A stretch of 64,000 nucleotides of DNA from Macrostomum lignano (taxonomy: Eukaryota): assembly GCA_002269645.1 (NCBI GenBank), contig NIVC01002043.1:117413-181412 (forward strand). The letters run 5' to 3'. Made by a program: the position numbers and the translations under genes. The notes under the pieces were generated by a model, which was not told the origin of the DNA, did no database searches, and worked only from the letters and a program-made list of their open reading frames with translations. Position 1 is the stretch's first letter; each line of letters opens with the position of its first letter. Shown here piece by piece: positions 62,229 to 64,000 of the stretch.

Positions 62229-62732
62229 ATGCCGCTGCTGCTGCTGCTGTTTCTGCAGCTCTGCGGCAGGTGCAACGGCGCGTCAAAGTGCTTAGCCTGC
62301 GACAACTATTTCGAGTTGAACTTGCGCAACCTGGATACCACTAGCAAGTCGGAGATTCTGAAGCGCTACTGCGGAATAGAAGCTCGTATCACGGATAGCA
62401 ACCAGGCCGACTGCGGTGGTGCCGACTATGACGGCTGCGTGAAGATTGTCACCCGCTCCTACCGGTATCACATCGACCGAGAGGGCGTCGGCATGCGGGC
62501 TCCGGAGACTCTCATTTCAACTGTGGTCACTCGCGACTGCGCCGAGATTCCCAAAGCAATGGGCGTCGGGTGTCACATGCTGTACGGCGCTGGAAGCACT
62601 ACAGAGATGTGCTACTGCAAAGGAGACTATTGCAATGCGGCGGGGCGACTGCAACTGCAGCATGGCTTGTTGATGGGCCACCTCTTGCTTCTGCTGCTGT
62701 CTGTGGTTGCTCTTCGGGTTACGGGTCTTTAA
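62229..62732 (+). CDS. Ly6/uPAR three-finger (quiver/sleepless-like) GPI-type protein, 167 aa, single coding exon
   Basis: Signal peptide MPLLLLLFLQLC.., KCLAC..YC..DC..GCVK..RDC..GC..MCYCKGDYCN, hydrophobic tail LLLLLLSVVALRV. Confidence 0.88.
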   Translation: MPLLLLLFLQLCGRCNGASKCLACDNYFELNLRNLDTTSKSEILKRYCGIEARITDSNQADCGGADYDGCVKIVTRSYRYHIDREGVGMRAPETLISTVVTRDCAEIPKAMGVGCHMLYGAGSTTEMCYCKGDYCNAAGRLQLQHGLLMGHLLLLLLSVVALRVTGL

Positions 62733-62874
62733 GCAGACACATTACATAACGATATAGCTATGTGATAAAGTGAATTATGAGGTTATTGTAGACTAAGCAA
62801 TGATCAGGCGTTAAATTAGCTAGTAATTCCAGGCCAACAAGAGCCTGACAATCAGCCCAATTTCAGCTAAGCTT

Positions 62875-63843
62875 GATCTTTCAAGGATTTCTATTAGTTC
62901 TTCAAGGACTTCTATGCTAATTCTTCAAGGACTTCTATCCTAATTCCTCAAGAACTTCTATCATAATTCTTCAAGGACTTCTATCCTAATTCTTCAAGGA
63001 CTTGTATCATAATTCTTCAAGGACTTCTATCCTAATTCTTCAAGAACTTCTATCCTAATTCTTCAAGGACTTCTATCCTAATTCTTCAAGGACTTCTATC
63101 CTAATTCTTCAAGGACTTCTATCCTAATTCTTCAAGGACTTCTATCATAATTCTTCAAGGACTTCTATCATAATTCTTCAAGGACTTCTATCCTAATTCT
63201 TCAAGGACTTCTATCATAATTCTTCAAGGACTTCTATCCTAATTCTTAAGGACTTGTATCATAATTCTTCAAGACTTCTATCCTAATTCTTCAAGGACTT
63301 CTATCCTAATTCTTCAAGGACTTCTATCCTAATTCTTCAAGGACTTCTATCATAATTCTTCAAGGACTTCTATCCTAATTCTTTAAGGACATCTATCCTA
63401 ATTCTTCAAGGACTTCTATCCTAATTCTTCAAGGACTTCTATCCTAATTCTTCAAGGACTTCTATCCTAATTCTTCAAGGACTTCTATCCTAATTCTTCA
63501 GGACTTGTATCATAATTCTTCAAGGACTTGTATCATAGTTCTTCAAGGACTTGTATCATAATTCTTCAAGGACTTGTATCATAATTCTTCAAGGACTTGT
63601 ATCATAATTCTTCAAGACTTGTATCATAGTTCTTCAAGGACTTGTATCTAATTCTTTAAGGACTTCTATCCTAATTCTTCAAGGACTTGTATCATAATTC
63701 TTCAAGGACTTTATCATAGTTCTTCAAGGACTTGTATCATAATTCTTCAAGGACTTCTATCCTAGTTCTTCAAGGACTTCTATCCTAGTTCTTCAAGGAC
63801 TTCTATCATAATTCTTCAAGGACTTCTATCCTAATTCTTCAAG
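62875..63843. repeat. 23-bp minisatellite TTCTATCCTAATTCTTCAAGGAC
   Basis: About 42 copies; same family as 52427-52938. Confidence 0.96.
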
Positions 63844-64000
63844 TTCGAATCCTCATGATTTCTTAGAATCTCATGTACTTTTATTGGTTGAAAAAGAGAA
63901 ATGAAAACTTTTTTTTCGATGTACTCAGCTTTTGATAAAAAAGTTTTCTGATGTACTTTTGTTAGACTTTTTCCATTTTACGTAAGAAATTTTACACTGA

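Overview
Eukaryotic (invertebrate animal) genomic DNA with spliceosomal introns. GC-rich exons, poly-Q tracts and minisatellite-filled introns resemble the flatworm Macrostomum; the species is an inference only. Host genes reconstructed by hand from GT-AG sites and frame continuity: MMACHC (2 exons, -), salvador/SAV1 (3 exons, -), NT5C2-type 5'-nucleotidase (5 exons, -), an unrecognised 2-exon gene (+), a GRAM-domain/TM protein (6 exons, -) and two divergent Ly6/three-finger GPI-type genes. The most notable object is a young, intact, two-ORF Penelope-like element (842-5893) inside a (TATC)n microsatellite. It has 551-bp direct repeats, each with a minimal hammerhead ribozyme. ORF1 ends in an apparently dead SGNH-like fold. 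A canonical A_AAA_AAC slippery site plus a hairpin would fuse ORF1 to the RT/GIY-YIG ORF by -1 frameshifting. Other notable items: an 81-bp in-frame LINE-tail insertion in a coding exon that brings in a strong splice donor, sharply bounded CpG-free TE relics, a tandem Helitron-like cluster sharing a minisatellite with a pure intronic array, a truncated Crypton-like ORF, several MITE families and over 25 tandem arrays. All alignments and counts were done by eye.
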